A stretch of DNA of 64,000 nt from Neodothiora populina (taxonomy: Eukaryota). A program made the position numbers and the translations under genes. Position 1 is the first letter of the stretch; every line of letters starts with the position of its first letter. The stretch covers positions 62,001-126,000 of the forward strand of contig NW_027191405.1 of the NCBI RefSeq assembly GCF_041146345.1. Direction: 5' to 3'. The notes beneath the pieces are model-generated. The model worked only from the letters and a program-made list of their open reading frames with translations, did no database searches and was not told the DNA's origin. Shown here in pieces: positions 50,094 through 62,717 of the stretch.

Positions 50094-51351
50094 GCGTAGT
50101 CGTCGCTTTCTTCGACTTGTTGGGCACATTTGTGCCGTTGTGTGTTTAAAGCGTTGGAGCAAAGACAACCGCTGGCTCCGGCGTGAGCAAAGGGCGGGGA
50201 AAAGGGAAAGTGCAAGTGGCAACAACAGCAACAGCAACAGGCAAAGCAAAGGTATTGGGCACAGAGACGATGCCGATGGTCATTTTGTGTCGTCGGAATT
50301 GGGGACAGGCTGGGGGGCATTTCCGAACAAAAAATGCGAAACAAATTGTAGTCTAGAAATATCTTGTTTATGCCCTTTGTCCTTTTCCCTCTTGTTTTTC
50401 CTATGCTGATGCCTATGGTTTACTTGTCTTTTGTGAGACAATCTGACTGTTGCTGCTTTTGCGCTTTTTTCCTCTTCTTTCTTTACCGCGTTCAGATCTC
50501 TATAACCCTTTTTTTCTCTCTATCCCTCTCTCTCTTCCTCTCTCGCCCTTGTCTACCTGTCTACCTCTATGTTTCTACAGTAAATCCAGAAATGTCTACA
50601 CTTAGTATTATTCCGACCAAACAAAATGTTTCTTTTTGTGATTCTCTCTACCTGGGCCAGTACAGCTCCACATCCAAAGGGCTGATAAGGCAACCTAAGG
50701 CAATGTAAGCTGAAGTAGTGATACGTGATGTATGCTACGTGGTGTGGTGTACAATACGGCACGCCAGATAGGTTTTCATTAAGATAATATTGTATGTACA
50801 AGTAACAACTTCGGAAGAAGACTTCTTGCAATGGATAGTTACGGTGTACGAATGAGGGGTTGTTGCATGTGGTATGTATGTAGAGCCGAAACATACGCTT
50901 CTGATGTCAGATGCTTCTCATCGTGGTGCATTCACCTCATGTCGTTACCTATGAAGCGTTTATAGAGTTGTAGCTATGTGTGTACTTGTACTTGCACAGG
51001 GTGAGATGGCAGCAGTTGAAGCAAAGGTGAGTAAGGTATCTGAACGATGGACCCCGGCCCTTTAAGCTCGCAGAGCACAAGACATGGAAGAGAAGTGAAT
51101 AAATAATGGCAACAAGGAGCATAAGAGAGCATGTACAGCTATGATACGATCGGTAGTAGCTAAGTAATTAAGAAAAGGGTATACGCTAGCCAGCCCAGGC
51201 GAGAATTGTAACGCATCATTACGATCCTAGGGGGAGACAGAGCCTCCGCCGCGGTTCTTCTTCCCTCTCCTTCCTCCTGCTTCTCCAACCACATGCGCGT
51301 CGTTCAGAAGAAAGACGAAACACAACAAATCGTTCAAGTCATCAAATCATA

Positions 51352-52449
51352 TCACATGGCGAAATAACAAGGATAAAGCTCAATCTCGACGGGCTTGGGA
51401 CTCATGGGCTCGACTTTGTCGACCTTGACCTTCAGCAGACCCTGCGCCAGCCGTGCGCGCAGAGAGTCATGGTCCACATCTTCGGAGAAGGTGAAGATGC
51501 GCTTGACGTGGCCGATGCGACGCTCGTGAGAGAGAGTTCTGTAAGGTGGTCTTTCGCCGGCCGGTGCGGCTGCTGTGGAGGCGCTGGTGGTGTGTTTGAG
51601 GGACGGGGCTGCTGTTGTCGAGGAGCGGGGAGAGAGCGTGGGTCGTTTCGTGGATGCGGTGCCGAAGGAGAGACGTTTCTTGAGAGACGCGGTTATGCTT
51701 GACCGTCTTGGTCCCGAGGCGACCGCGGCTGCTGCTGCTTTGCTGTGAGATTCTGAGCGAGAGGACTGAGAGCTCCTCGAGGAGCGGCGCGAGGTCGAGT
51801 GTTCTCCTGCTTCTTCTACTTCTTCCTTTGGGGCAGGAGGATCTTGCGATGTGAGGCATCGGTGTAGCGTCAGGTCGTCTTCGTCGGCCTCGCCTTCTGC
51901 TTTTTCCTCTTCGATGACGGAGTCGTCCATGTGTGCGCCTATATCTGCTGCTGCTACCACTGCTGCCATGGCGTGTTGTTTCTCTTGTTCTTCTTTCGAG
52001 GGCTCAGTCTTGACTTCTTTCTTCTCGGCTTCGACTGTGGGCTTCTCCGTCGGTTCTCTTGGTATGATGTCCCATTCTTTGACAATGTCGACGGCATTCA
52101 AGTTCGCTTCCACGAGGAGTGTACGTTTGCCTGTCCATTGCATCTTGATGTCATCCTTGCTGTCTACACCGGGGAAATCTCCATCGAGATAATAGGCATC
52201 GTCGGTCTCTCGAACGTCGAACGTGGCGTTGATCGGGTGTGGTGTTGTAGAGCTGATCCCTGGCTTCAGTGCAGAGATGCTGTGGAAGGGTGCTTTCATC
52301 TGCGACATGAACTGTGGAGTGTGCCAGTGCCAGTCCGGAAAGTTCACATGGCTCATGTTCATGGGTTGGTAGAAAGCCATTTGGTAGTCGCCTTTCTGGA
52401 CTGATGTTGGTGGTTCGTGCCAGAATGCGTTAAGAGGGTCTGATGTCAT
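51352..52449 (-). CDS. Small heat-shock (HSP20/alpha-crystallin) protein with a long insertion
   Basis: FDVRETDDAYYLDGDFPGV in the N-part; ERRIG..KR.F.F..V....A.L.QGLL.V.V.K and C-terminal VEI. Confidence 0.8.
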   Translation of the reverse strand: MTSDPLNAFWHEPPTSVQKGDYQMAFYQPMNMSHVNFPDWHWHTPQFMSQMKAPFHSISALKPGISSTTPHPINATFDVRETDDAYYLDGDFPGVDSKDDIKMQWTGKRTLLVEANLNAVDIVKEWDIIPREPTEKPTVEAEKKEVKTEPSKEEQEKQHAMAAVVAAADIGAHMDDSVIEEEKAEGEADEDDLTLHRCLTSQDPPAPKEEVEEAGEHSTSRRSSRSSQSSRSESHSKAAAAAVASGPRRSSITASLKKRLSFGTASTKRPTLSPRSSTTAAPSLKHTTSASTAAAPAGERPPYRTLSHERRIGHVKRIFTFSEDVDHDSLRARLAQGLLKVKVDKVEPMSPKPVEIELYPCYFAM

Positions 52450-54301
52450 TTGATATTTTGTGTGGGGGACGTGGATACACAAGTAGGATATGTATCTCAC
52501 TATTGATATGTGTCTTGGTCTCTCTTACTTTGTGAAGAGTATGTATGAAATGGAATGAATTGGTAGAGAAAATCCTCTCGTCTTTACTTCCTGGGAATAT
52601 ATACACTGTTCAAACCTACATTTGGAATCTACCTTTGTTTTTGCATGTGACGACAACAATCAATCAACGAAACATCACCCTGTTTTGATTATGCGAGCCT
52701 ATAGAGCTGTGTATTCTCTGACAGGGGGAAGGTCACATTGTCACAGACAGCTGATCCAGTCGAGAGACGGCGAGATGCAAAAGTGGTGATTTGGCGAGAT
52801 GTGGAGTGACAAAAGTCACCTTACCGCTGCTCAGCCCGGCGCATTATCACCTGTCCGCGGGGTGAGCTTTGCGTCAGTCGGATGCCGCTGAACCACGAAC
52901 CCCCTCGGAGTGAATCGCGATTCAATTTTTTCTTCTCCGCTCGTGTCTTTTTTCCCATGGGGTTCGTCCGTTGGCTGGCCATTGAGACGTGGAGGTTAGC
53001 TCCGATTTCTGCCGTCTGTTGATTTCGACTAGCGTTGCGATGCTTGGTTTCGTCGACATAGGGTGTCCTTGATCTGTCGCGTGTCAACCGCAAAACAGCG
53101 ACAAGACATCTCTCAGCGAGTAATGCTATCTTGAAATCTTGACATCTCGCGCTCTTGCATGTCATGTGCTGTGGCGGCAGCAAGAAACCAAGATTCTGCA
53201 AATGTACTCCGGTGCCCGAATAGCTCTTGTCCTCTCTTGAAGAGAAGAGAGGGAAAATCAGGTCGCGTTTGCGTCGGCTCAGAGCACAACACCGAGTTTT
53301 CATCGCCTAACAGACAAGGGAAGTTCATATAGAAGTGCCGCTCTTCAATACCAATCTCGCGCTCATTTGCCCTCTGGGTCACGACATGCGTTCTATAATT
53401 CCGTCTAGCGCATCGATGGCGTCCACTAACTTGCCTAACCCTGTGGCTGTCTGGATGAGGTAGGGCTCGCAAGCGTACCTGGCCAGAGACCGCGATCCAC
53501 TTCTTCATCGACCCCGAACTTTTCGTCTTACTTGAGGGGTGTTCCTGTAGTTCAATCGCTTTCTCCTACACAGCTAATATGATAGAGTCTCTCTCTCTCT
53601 TCATCTCCGAGCTTATCATGTACTTCCGTCTATTGGTCGCATTGTCGCAGCGCTTTCCACAGTGACAATGATCTTCTAAGCAGCAGGTTTGGTCTTACTA
53701 TTTGCATCTGCACGGCGGTCGGTGGTCACGTTATAACGCACGTAAGACGGCGGTCGACGCACATCATGGCCTGCACAGGCTGATCCAAGGGCCACAGCAA
53801 CTTGACCTCAAGAGGTCGGTATCAAGGCAAGCTGAGACAGGCGCATCGTATGATCGCGCGGGCATCGATGGTGATTTTTGGCTAAATACGACTTTTGACA
53901 CCATGGGCCTCATGTGGAACTCCGCATGCCGCTTCGGGCTGGGGAGGAGGGACAAAGGCTCGGCCGCGCCAGACTAACGAAGAACAGTTCCGAGAGCCCG
54001 TGTTCTTCGTAGGCCGTCTCTACGAACGCCTTCGGAAAGACCACTGCGTGAAGGTGTGAAACATGACCGGCTCGTGCTAAACAAAGCGGGACTGTGTCTG
54101 TCCACGTCTGTCCACATAGAACAACCCGGGTTAAGCAGACTCGCAAGCGCTGCTCCTGCTCGGATAGCCCTTACCCTGAATGACAGTGCTGATGCGAAAA
54201 GAATGCAGAATCCGCCAACCATGGTCGTCTCCTCGCTAGCAGCACGTGGTCTATTGATCCTACATTTTGCGCTGCCATGACTCGATCGTGCGCCCAATTA
54301 T

Positions 54302-54505
54302 TGCGAGACGTTGCTGCGAGACGTTGCTGAAGAAGGCTTTTGCCAAACGTGGCAGCACCGGGAGGACCGCCCCGCTATAGTAGTTCGCAATGCTTACCGT
54401 AAGAGCTCAGGGTTCCTTCGAGGCCACGCCGAAATTCCATGCGCACCAATTTGACATATGAGATGTAACTCCATGAGCATGCGATGTGGCAGCATGCGAT
54501 GTGGC
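54302..54505. repeat. Two short perfect tandem duplications
   Basis: TGCGAGACGTTGC x2 (54302-54327) and AGCATGCGATGTGGC x2 (54476-54505). Confidence 0.85.
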
Positions 54506-56169
54506 TCGACCAACTATAGCGTTGGACCATGAAGACTACAACACACGTCTGAAGCTAGTAGAAATGATGATGATCGCCTTGAGGTTCATCTCGGCGGCGA
54601 CTCGACGTTTATGCTACGTTGGATGTTGTACAAAACGATAAGGTAAGATATCTACTATCGTCATCGCGCCTCCGACTCACGTTGAGGCCATTGCCAGATC
54701 AGTACGTCTAGCAAAGCTTTTACGGAAGCGTGAAGCTTTTGACCACCGTCTCCCCAAAAAATACCCGATCTCGTTGGCGAAACAAGGACGTCCATGCGCC
54801 CCACAAGGTTCTCCAGATCCACTCTGCGTCCCATGCGGAGTAATATCTGGAGAAACCACTAAAAGTAAAATCTTACCTTGACACACGGCCCGCCATTTCT
54901 CGTACTTGTATACATCCTCTCATAAACCTTCGTGCGAGAACCCCACTCTGGCCTGGGCAACAAAGTCCGCTTTCGAGAATGCAGCATTGGATAGCGCTCA
55001 ATTTTTTTCGGTGTGGTTCCTCGGGATTCTGCCCACCAGGTTCGAGCCGGACAGCCTACGTGGTCCCGATGGATCGAAAGCCAGGCCCACATTGTCAGCC
55101 TGGCCTACAGGCATCGTCAGCATCGTTTTCATCGTCACCTTGTACTTTTGCAGGTACTTCCGACAAGCACAGGCAGATCCCATTGACGAAGTGATACCTA
55201 GAAGTCTTGAACAGACTATGGTATTATCCTCCTCGAACCGAGCAGCCGAATGCCTTGTGTACAGCGTTTGGCCGAATCACTGCTCTCTTCCGATGGACTA
55301 TGCACTCGGTTTCTTTCCCGTAGCTAAGAGATCCTTACGATCCCCTCGGAAAGTTGTCCGTTGCCATATCCTCAAGCAAAGTCCGGGCGGTGGTGATCAT
55401 TCCAGCCATACCAAGAGCAATTGGTGGTAGGAACCCCAAGCAAATACCTGCTCTGAATATACCCACAGCCGATGTCCGCATCCGAGATCCACAACAAACT
55501 ATCACATGACGAGACTTCACCCATCAATTTGGCATACGACCCATGCCGTCCTGATCGCCAGGATCTGTCTGGGGCCCCGTCCGGAGATACCAGTCCACAT
55601 GGCACTACCCCGCCTGTTGAGCCCTAACGCCCTCTGCCCACTAGTTCGGGTTCGAGTATCAAAGGACTATTCATCAGTCCGGGCCATGTTAGAGCCAAAC
55701 GCCGACGCGCAAAAACGGTACACCTTAACCCTCGTCGGACCTGTTCAGGCTGCGGGATATGCGTCATTTGCTCTTTTGTCATTTCGAATCCTATACTCAC
55801 TCCTTGGCGAGTGACTACTCCACTCCTTGGAATGTGTGAACAGGGTCCGTGCTATGCTCTAGCCAGAGGCAAAAACCGTGTTGCCCAGTTAAGCGAGACC
55901 CATGTCGCTCGATCTCACTTGACCGTCACGAGCAGTATGGCCCGATCTTTGGCTTCATCAATTTGCTTTGGTGGGCAACCCCGCTCGCGGTACGTGTGGT
56001 GGCGCTATTGCTAGTGGTCCGCATGTTTTCATTGGCGGCATGTTCCAGGAAATTGCTCGAGTGAGTGAAATACTGGATATTCACTGAGGTTGATCATGAT
56101 ATAAAGGATCAGGTCCGGCCAGTCAGTCGAACCGGATCATCACTCGCCGCTCCATTCGACTTCCTCATC

Positions 56170-58679
56170 ATGCGCGCTACACCTCAATTATTAGCAGTGG
56201 CGCTTGCGCTTGCGAGCTTGAGCACTGCTCAGAACTCTTCCAGCTTTGGAAACTCCACTTCATCGGGTAATCTCACTGCAGCTGAGTTTGCCAATCTTGA
56301 TCTCTTCTGGAGTTATGGACGTTCAGAACCTGTCTACCCTACACCTCAGAGCATCGGCAGAGGCGAATGGGCTCAGGCCTACAGCCGTGCCAAGGCACTG
56401 GTGGCCCAAATGACCAACGATGAGAAGAACAACATCACGTATGGTCACACCTCTACCACCGTAGGATGCTCAGGCGTCAGTGGATCCGTTCCTCGTGTAG
56501 GATTCCCTGGCATCTGTCTCCAGGATGCCGGCAACGGTGTGCGAGCAACCGACATGGTCAATGGCTACGCATCCGGTGTCCACGTCGGCGCGGCGTGGAA
56601 CAAGAACCTTGCATACAACAGAGCACAGCACATGGGTGGCGAATTCAAGGCCAAGGGTGTCAGTGTTGCCCTCGGTCCTGTTGCTGGTCCTCTTGGCAAG
56701 GTTGCTGAAGGTGGTCGCAACTGGGAGGGCTTCTCTAATGACCCTTACCTCAGCGGTCTTCTTACCTACGAAACTGTCCGTGGTCTGCAGGAGAGCGTTG
56801 TCTCCTGTGTCAAGCATTTCGTTGGCAATGAACAGGAACAGAACCGCAACCCTCAAATTCTGAACCCTTATGCATACAATCAGTCTCTGTCCGCAAACAT
56901 TGACGACACGACCCTGCACGAGCTTTATGTCTGGCCATTCGCCGAGGCTATTCGCGCTGGTGCCGGTGCAGCTATGTGCTCTTACAACCGCTTCAACAAC
57001 AGTTACGGCTGCCAGAACAGTCATTCGCAAAATGGAATCCTCAAGGGTGAGCTCGGCTTTGAGGGCTTCATCGTGTCAGATTGGTATGCTCAGCACAGTG
57101 GTATCGCTTCCGCCGATGCTGGTATGGACTTGGCCATGCCTGACAGTGCTTTCTGGGAAAACGGCAACCTCACTCTCGCTGTGAACAACGGATCTCTTGC
57201 TCAGACCAGATTGGACGATATGGCTACCCGTATCATTACCGCCTGGTACAAGCTCGATGAGCTAAACAACCCTGGCTTTGAGACACCCGGAATTGGCATG
57301 CCTATCGACCTGACTGCTCCCCATGTTCCCGTCAATGCACGTGATCCCACCTCAAAGCCTACACTCTACCAGGGCGCTGTAGAGGGTCACGTTCTCGTCA
57401 AGAACACTGGTGTACTGCCTTTGAACAAGCCGAAGTTCTTGTCTCTCTTCGGATACGATGCTGTTGCTCCTACGATCAACACTCAGCACATCCCTGGTTT
57501 CGGCAAGTGGCAATTCGGCCTGGAGGGTACACAAATCTATGAGAACGGTACCGTCTTCACTGACCTGGAAATGGAATCCATTTTCCTCTCAAGTGAGCCT
57601 TCCAACCAACGCGGACCCGGTGTCGCGCTCAACGGCACTATGATCAGCGGTGCTGGCTCTGGTGCAACCACGCCAGCCTACATTGATGCTCCCGTCGATG
57701 CTTTCCAGAGACAGGCATACGAGGACGATACCTTCCTGGCCTGGGACTTTTTCAATGGTGAACCTATTGTAAATGAAGGCAGCGAGCACTGCTTTGTGTT
57801 CATCAATGCACAGTCTTCCGAAGGTTGGGATAGACCTCACCTTCACGACTCGTACTCTGATAACCTTGTCTTGAACGTGTCCTCGCAATGCAACTCGACA
57901 ATTGTCGTTATCCACAACGCTGGTGTCAGACTTGTTGACCAGTGGATCGAGAACCCCAACATCACCGCCGTCATCTTCGCCCATCTCCCCGGTCAAGACT
58001 CTGGCCGTGCCCTTGTTGATCTCGTGTACGGAAAGCAGTCGTTCTCCGGCAGAATGCCTTACACTGTCGCCAAGAACGAGTCTGACTATGGTCATCTCCT
58101 TCACCCCGTCATCCCCGCAGGCGATGACTACTTCACTCAAGGTAAGCGTATACAGCTATTTATTGTCCTGACACGTAAGCTAATGAAATCCCAGACAACT
58201 ACACCGAAGGCGTATACATTGACTACAAGCACTTCATTGCACAAAACATCACACCTCGATACGAGTTCGGCTACGGTCTCACTTACACCACCTTTGATTA
58301 CTCTGATCTCACGACATCGCTCACGAACGCCAGCCGCTCTTACACCGCACCTGATGGAGTCATCGTGCAAGGTGGCCTCACGACACTGTGGGACATCCTC
58401 GCCACCGTCGAGGTGACCGTGACCAACAGCGGCAACTTCACCGCAGCCGAGGTCGCGCAGCTGTACATCGGCATCCCCGGCGGCCCGGCCAAGGTCCTCC
58501 GTGGCTTCGAGAAGCAGGCAATCGAGCCTGGTCGAAGCCAGAAGTTCACCTTTGAGCTCACCCGCAAGGATCTGAGCAGCCGCACCGGCGGGCAATGGGT
58601 CCTGCAGTCCGGCTCTTACCCCATCTATGTCGGCAAGAGTGTCTTGGACATTCAGCTGACCGGTTCCTTGACTATCTAA
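56170..58679 (+). CDS. Secreted GH3 beta-glucosidase
   Basis: Signal peptide; GGRNWEGF, KHFVGNEQE, MCSYN, nucleophile motif VSDW; intron 58142-58194; Fn3-like C-terminus LRGFEK. Confidence 0.93.
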
Positions 58680-59246
58680 GGTCAAGGCGGGAGGTGCTTT
58701 TTTCCGAAGAAAAAGGGAAAAATGCAGTTTCGTTCTCCCTCACGACTTACGCATCGTGGTGGTGGTAATTTATAGATCTAATGATAGCTGTTCGCGATAG
58801 TACCACGTAAGGACGGGGAAAAAATGAATGACTTAATGCTACACTACTACTACAATCCATCTCAGAACCTCATCTTTCTCATTATAAAAATCAGCCTTGA
58901 CTACTAATCTTGCAACGAAAGCCTGCCTTGCCTCACTATCCGCCCAGCCTTAGAGCCAGTACGCAACAGTACAACCAGTAGCCAAAAACAAGGCGACGGC
59001 GACCCTGTTGCGGGATCACTCATGATAGCCCAAAGCAATATAAAAATATAGATTACAACACGAAGGCGACACAAGATAAACATGCAGATAAGGCATTTAT
59101 CAACGCATCCCCCACGTCAAGATGCATACGCAACGTACGTAGAAACAGTCCAATCACAGAAAGTCCCGAACACTAAAGTCGTGAGAAGGAGCATTTAATC
59201 ATGTTGCCTTCCCCGCTTCCTTTTCGGCGGCTACAGTAGCCACCTT

Positions 59247-59293
59247 GGCTAAGCTAAGGTAGCTAAAGCAAGTAGTAAGTATTTCTCGGCTAA
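59247..59293 (+). promoter_or_regulatory. Paired XlnR-type GGCTAA sites upstream of the GH51 gene
   Basis: GGCTAA at 59247 and 59288; CreA-like SYGGRG (CCCCGC) near 59211. Confidence 0.45.
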
Positions 59294-59933
59294 AAAGGGA
59301 TATGAATACCCATCATACAGCACATAAACATAACCGCCATCACCGCGAGCTTACATAGAGTGCTATCTGCGCAGGAAGGGAAGGCTATCTAAGTGTATAA
59401 AGTATGGAATCTCGCCCTTTCGTCATTGCGCAGATCCATATTCGTCGGTAAAAAAAAGCTCGATAAAAACCAGACCATAATATGGAAAAAAATCGCGAAT
59501 CCGTTCTTGCGTACAATGTATAAATTTATGGGTCTACCTCTTCGTTGTCGCAGATCCACATTCAATTTGTCTCAGATCCACTATAGTGGATCTTTTGCTG
59601 ACTTCTAGTCTCTGCTTTTCTGCGTATTTAGAAAGGTCGCATGAGGGATGGAAATGGCTATCGCGGTTGAAAAGGATGGACAGAGGGTTATCTCTTGGGT
59701 GGAGCATAACAGGCTGATAATGTTGCAGGAAATAGTGGTGGTATGGCGTCGTGTAGGAGAGAGAGTGAGGTCATTTCGTGCGCTGTTGTTCTGTGGTGGA
59801 GACCATGGTGGATTACGTTCTTTAGTTGAGCCGAGGTCGATGGTGCGCTCTATGGGCCTATATAAAGAGACAACGGAGGTGGAAGAGCAGGTGGGATACA
59901 GACGTCGTAGCAGAGCCATAGAACATCGAGGAA

Positions 59934-62022
59934 ATGTCCATTCATAAAGCAGCATTACTGGCTGTGGCCTGTGGCGTCGCCTCGGCCATCGAACTGACGG
60001 TTTCGTCCTCGGGCGGAAATGCTTCGAGTCCTCTTCTGTATGGCTTCATATTCGAGGTTCGTGTGAAGTCGAAAAAGAGAAAAGAATGACAGCTGATGCG
60101 GTTCAAGGATATCAATCACTCGGGTGACGGTGTGCTGCACGGCAACCTCCTGCAGAATAATGGCTTCCAGGGTAACAGTCCTAACTTGACGGCCTGGAGT
60201 GCTGTGGGAGGAGCAGAGATTGCCCAAGACTCTTCGAATCCTCTGACGGATGCTATCACTTCGACGTTGTCCATCACGGGTACTTCGGGTACGATAGGAG
60301 CGTCTAATGCTGGTTATGTCAGCATCCGTGGTTAGTGTCGCCGGTTGCCACAGTCATGCTTGTTCGTTGATCTTTTCAGTCACGCCCAACGAGTACGCGA
60401 ATTACTTCTGGGTCAAAGGCACCTATGAAGGCAACATTACAGTCAGCCTGGTAGACTCCGACGATACAGTCTTGGGCTCGACTGGAGTTCCCGTCAGCAG
60501 CAATTCTTCTGCGTTCAGCTATTACGAGACCTCTTTCTCCGCTGTGGAGTCGACCACAGGCAATAGCAGCTGGCACTTTACTTTTGATGCGGCGACTGCC
60601 ACCGATGGTGGGCTCAACCTTGGTCTGCCGCAGCTGTTCCCGCCGACATTCCACAACAGGAAGAACGGTCTCAATGCAGAAGTCGCAGAAGTCTTAGACA
60701 GCGCCAAGGGATCGTTCCTGCGGTTTCCTGGTGGCAACAACTTGTGAGTGACTGAACAGCAATTCAGAATGGTGCGTCGAGTTCGTATCTGATACGAATT
60801 AGGGAAGGAACCTCGGTAGAGAACCGATGGACCTGGAACAATACCATCGGTCCGGTCGAGGATCGTCCTGGTCGCCAAGGAAATTGGGGTTACCCAACTA
60901 CTGATGCCATCGGCCTGGTCGAATTTCTTTTGTGGTGTCAGGACATGGGCTTAACACCGCTCCTTGCCGTCTGGGACGGCCTTACTGTTGGTGGTGGTAC
61001 AACAACAGACGATGCTCTGCAGCCCTTTGTGAATGATGCGCTGAATGAACTCGAGGTAAGTTACATCAGGGCCTCTGCCAGTCTGAGGATGATGTCTAAC
61101 AAAGATGTAGTACCTGATGGGCGATACAAGCACCACCTGGGGTGCCTTGAGAGCATCTCATGGGTATCCGGATCCTTTTGACATCCCTTATGTGGAGATT
61201 GGCAACGAAGATTTCTTGAATAACGGCCTTGAAACATATCAGGATAGATTCAATCTGTTCTACGATGCATTTCACCAAGCCTATCCGAACATCACAATCG
61301 TTGCTTCCACTTCGGGTCTTGCAGAGACTGGCTGCTCAGGTACTGAGTGCGGTATCGACATTTCAACTGGCGTTCTTCAAGATGTTCATCAATATTTGCC
61401 TCCGAAGGACTTGATTGCAAAATTCAACTTCTTTGACAACGTAGATCGCAACGCTCCAATACTGGTCGGAGAATACGCCAGTACCACTTTTGACAATGGG
61501 TCTACCACGTATTTCCCGACCATGGCTGGATCCACAGCAGAAGCGGTATACATGATCGGTATGGAGCGCAATAGCGATGTCGTCAAGATGTCGTGCTTCG
61601 CACCGATCCTGGAGCACTTCGACATGGCCCAATGGAGCCCCGACGCCGTCGGTTATGATGCGGCTAATGGCGTTACCAGATCCACAAGTTGGTTCGTTCA
61701 GCAGCTGTTCTCGGCCAACCGTGGCGATACTATATTGCCTGTCGAGTCCGACTCTGGGTTTGGCCCTGCCTACTGGGTGGCAAGCAGCGCAGGTAATACA
61801 AATTTCGTGAAGCTGGCCAACTACGGAGATGCTTCTCAGACCATCTCGATCAACATTGACGGCAAGACTACAGCGACGCTCACACAGCTGAGTGGAGGCC
61901 AGGAAGATAGTAATACTCCTGGTGAAGAGAATGTGCAGCCTGTCGTGACGGCGATCGATGGCAATGGCACTTTCAGCTTCTCGTTGCCAGCGTGGAGCGT
62001 TTCCGTTCTCGTCGCCCAGTAG
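59934..62022 (+). CDS. Secreted GH51 alpha-L-arabinofuranosidase
   Basis: Signal peptide; YGFIFE|DINHSGDG, RFPGGNNL|EG, catalytic EIGNE and VGEY, ERNSDVV; four introns. Confidence 0.92.
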
Positions 62023-62210
62023 GGTGTAGTGAGTTGATGTCACAGCTGGGGAAACATTTTCTTCGTCTCAGACTGTCAGCTGGCAGGATGAAGTGGCTAA
62101 CAACAGCAGTGGACCAGTGTAGCCACATCGTCCACGGTGATCAAGTCACGTGAGTTCAATTAATAGAACCCATCGCCATCAGATGAGAGAAAATATCAAA
62201 ACTTAGAGCT

Positions 62211-62717
62211 TCACGTCGTAGCACTTTTGCGCCGAGTCCTCTCCTCTCTCTTGGCCTCTTTCTTCATTCTCCATCGCTTCAAGAGTGAAGACTTTTGCGA
62301 TTGCCCTGCGGTTGGAGAGTGTTCTTCCAATGTCCTCGTTCCGAACCATCCAATCAGCGTCTGTGAGGTGTTGTCAGGCTGAACGTATTTCTTCTCTTCA
62401 GCCCAGGCGCGAAGAGCATCCAGATAAGCAGCTTCGCTTGGGAACCCCTTGTAAGAGCGCGTCTCAGCCGTTCCACTGTCTATCGATGCACGACGACCGA
62501 GTAGTGTGGTCGATGTCAATTGGGAGCTGATTGAGGACGACGAAGACCTTCCGTAATTATGCATCAAATCTTCTTCGCTCACTAGTAGAGTGTGCTCGGA
62601 AGAAGTATCGCCCCTGATGGTGTTGCTGGATATTGAACCCTCTCGCTCTCGCTCTGCAATAGGCGAATTGTATTGGCCTTCATTTGGCTGCGCGCGATTG
62701 TCCATTGTCTCGCGCAT
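62211..62717 (-). CDS. Hypothetical protein
   Basis: 168-aa ORF, Ser-rich N-part, ordered-looking YKGFPSEAAYLDALRAWAEEKKY core, basic tail. Confidence 0.6.
   Translation of the reverse strand: MRETMDNRAQPNEGQYNSPIAEREREGSISSNTIRGDTSSEHTLLVSEEDLMHNYGRSSSSSISSQLTSTTLLGRRASIDSGTAETRSYKGFPSEAAYLDALRAWAEEKKYVQPDNTSQTLIGWFGTRTLEEHSPTAGQSQKSSLLKRWRMKKEAKREERTRRKSATT

Noticed and set aside
53700..54280. Possible spliced minus-strand gene (ATG 54278, GTAAGG donor)
   Set aside because: The available acceptors lead to early stops and implausible peptides
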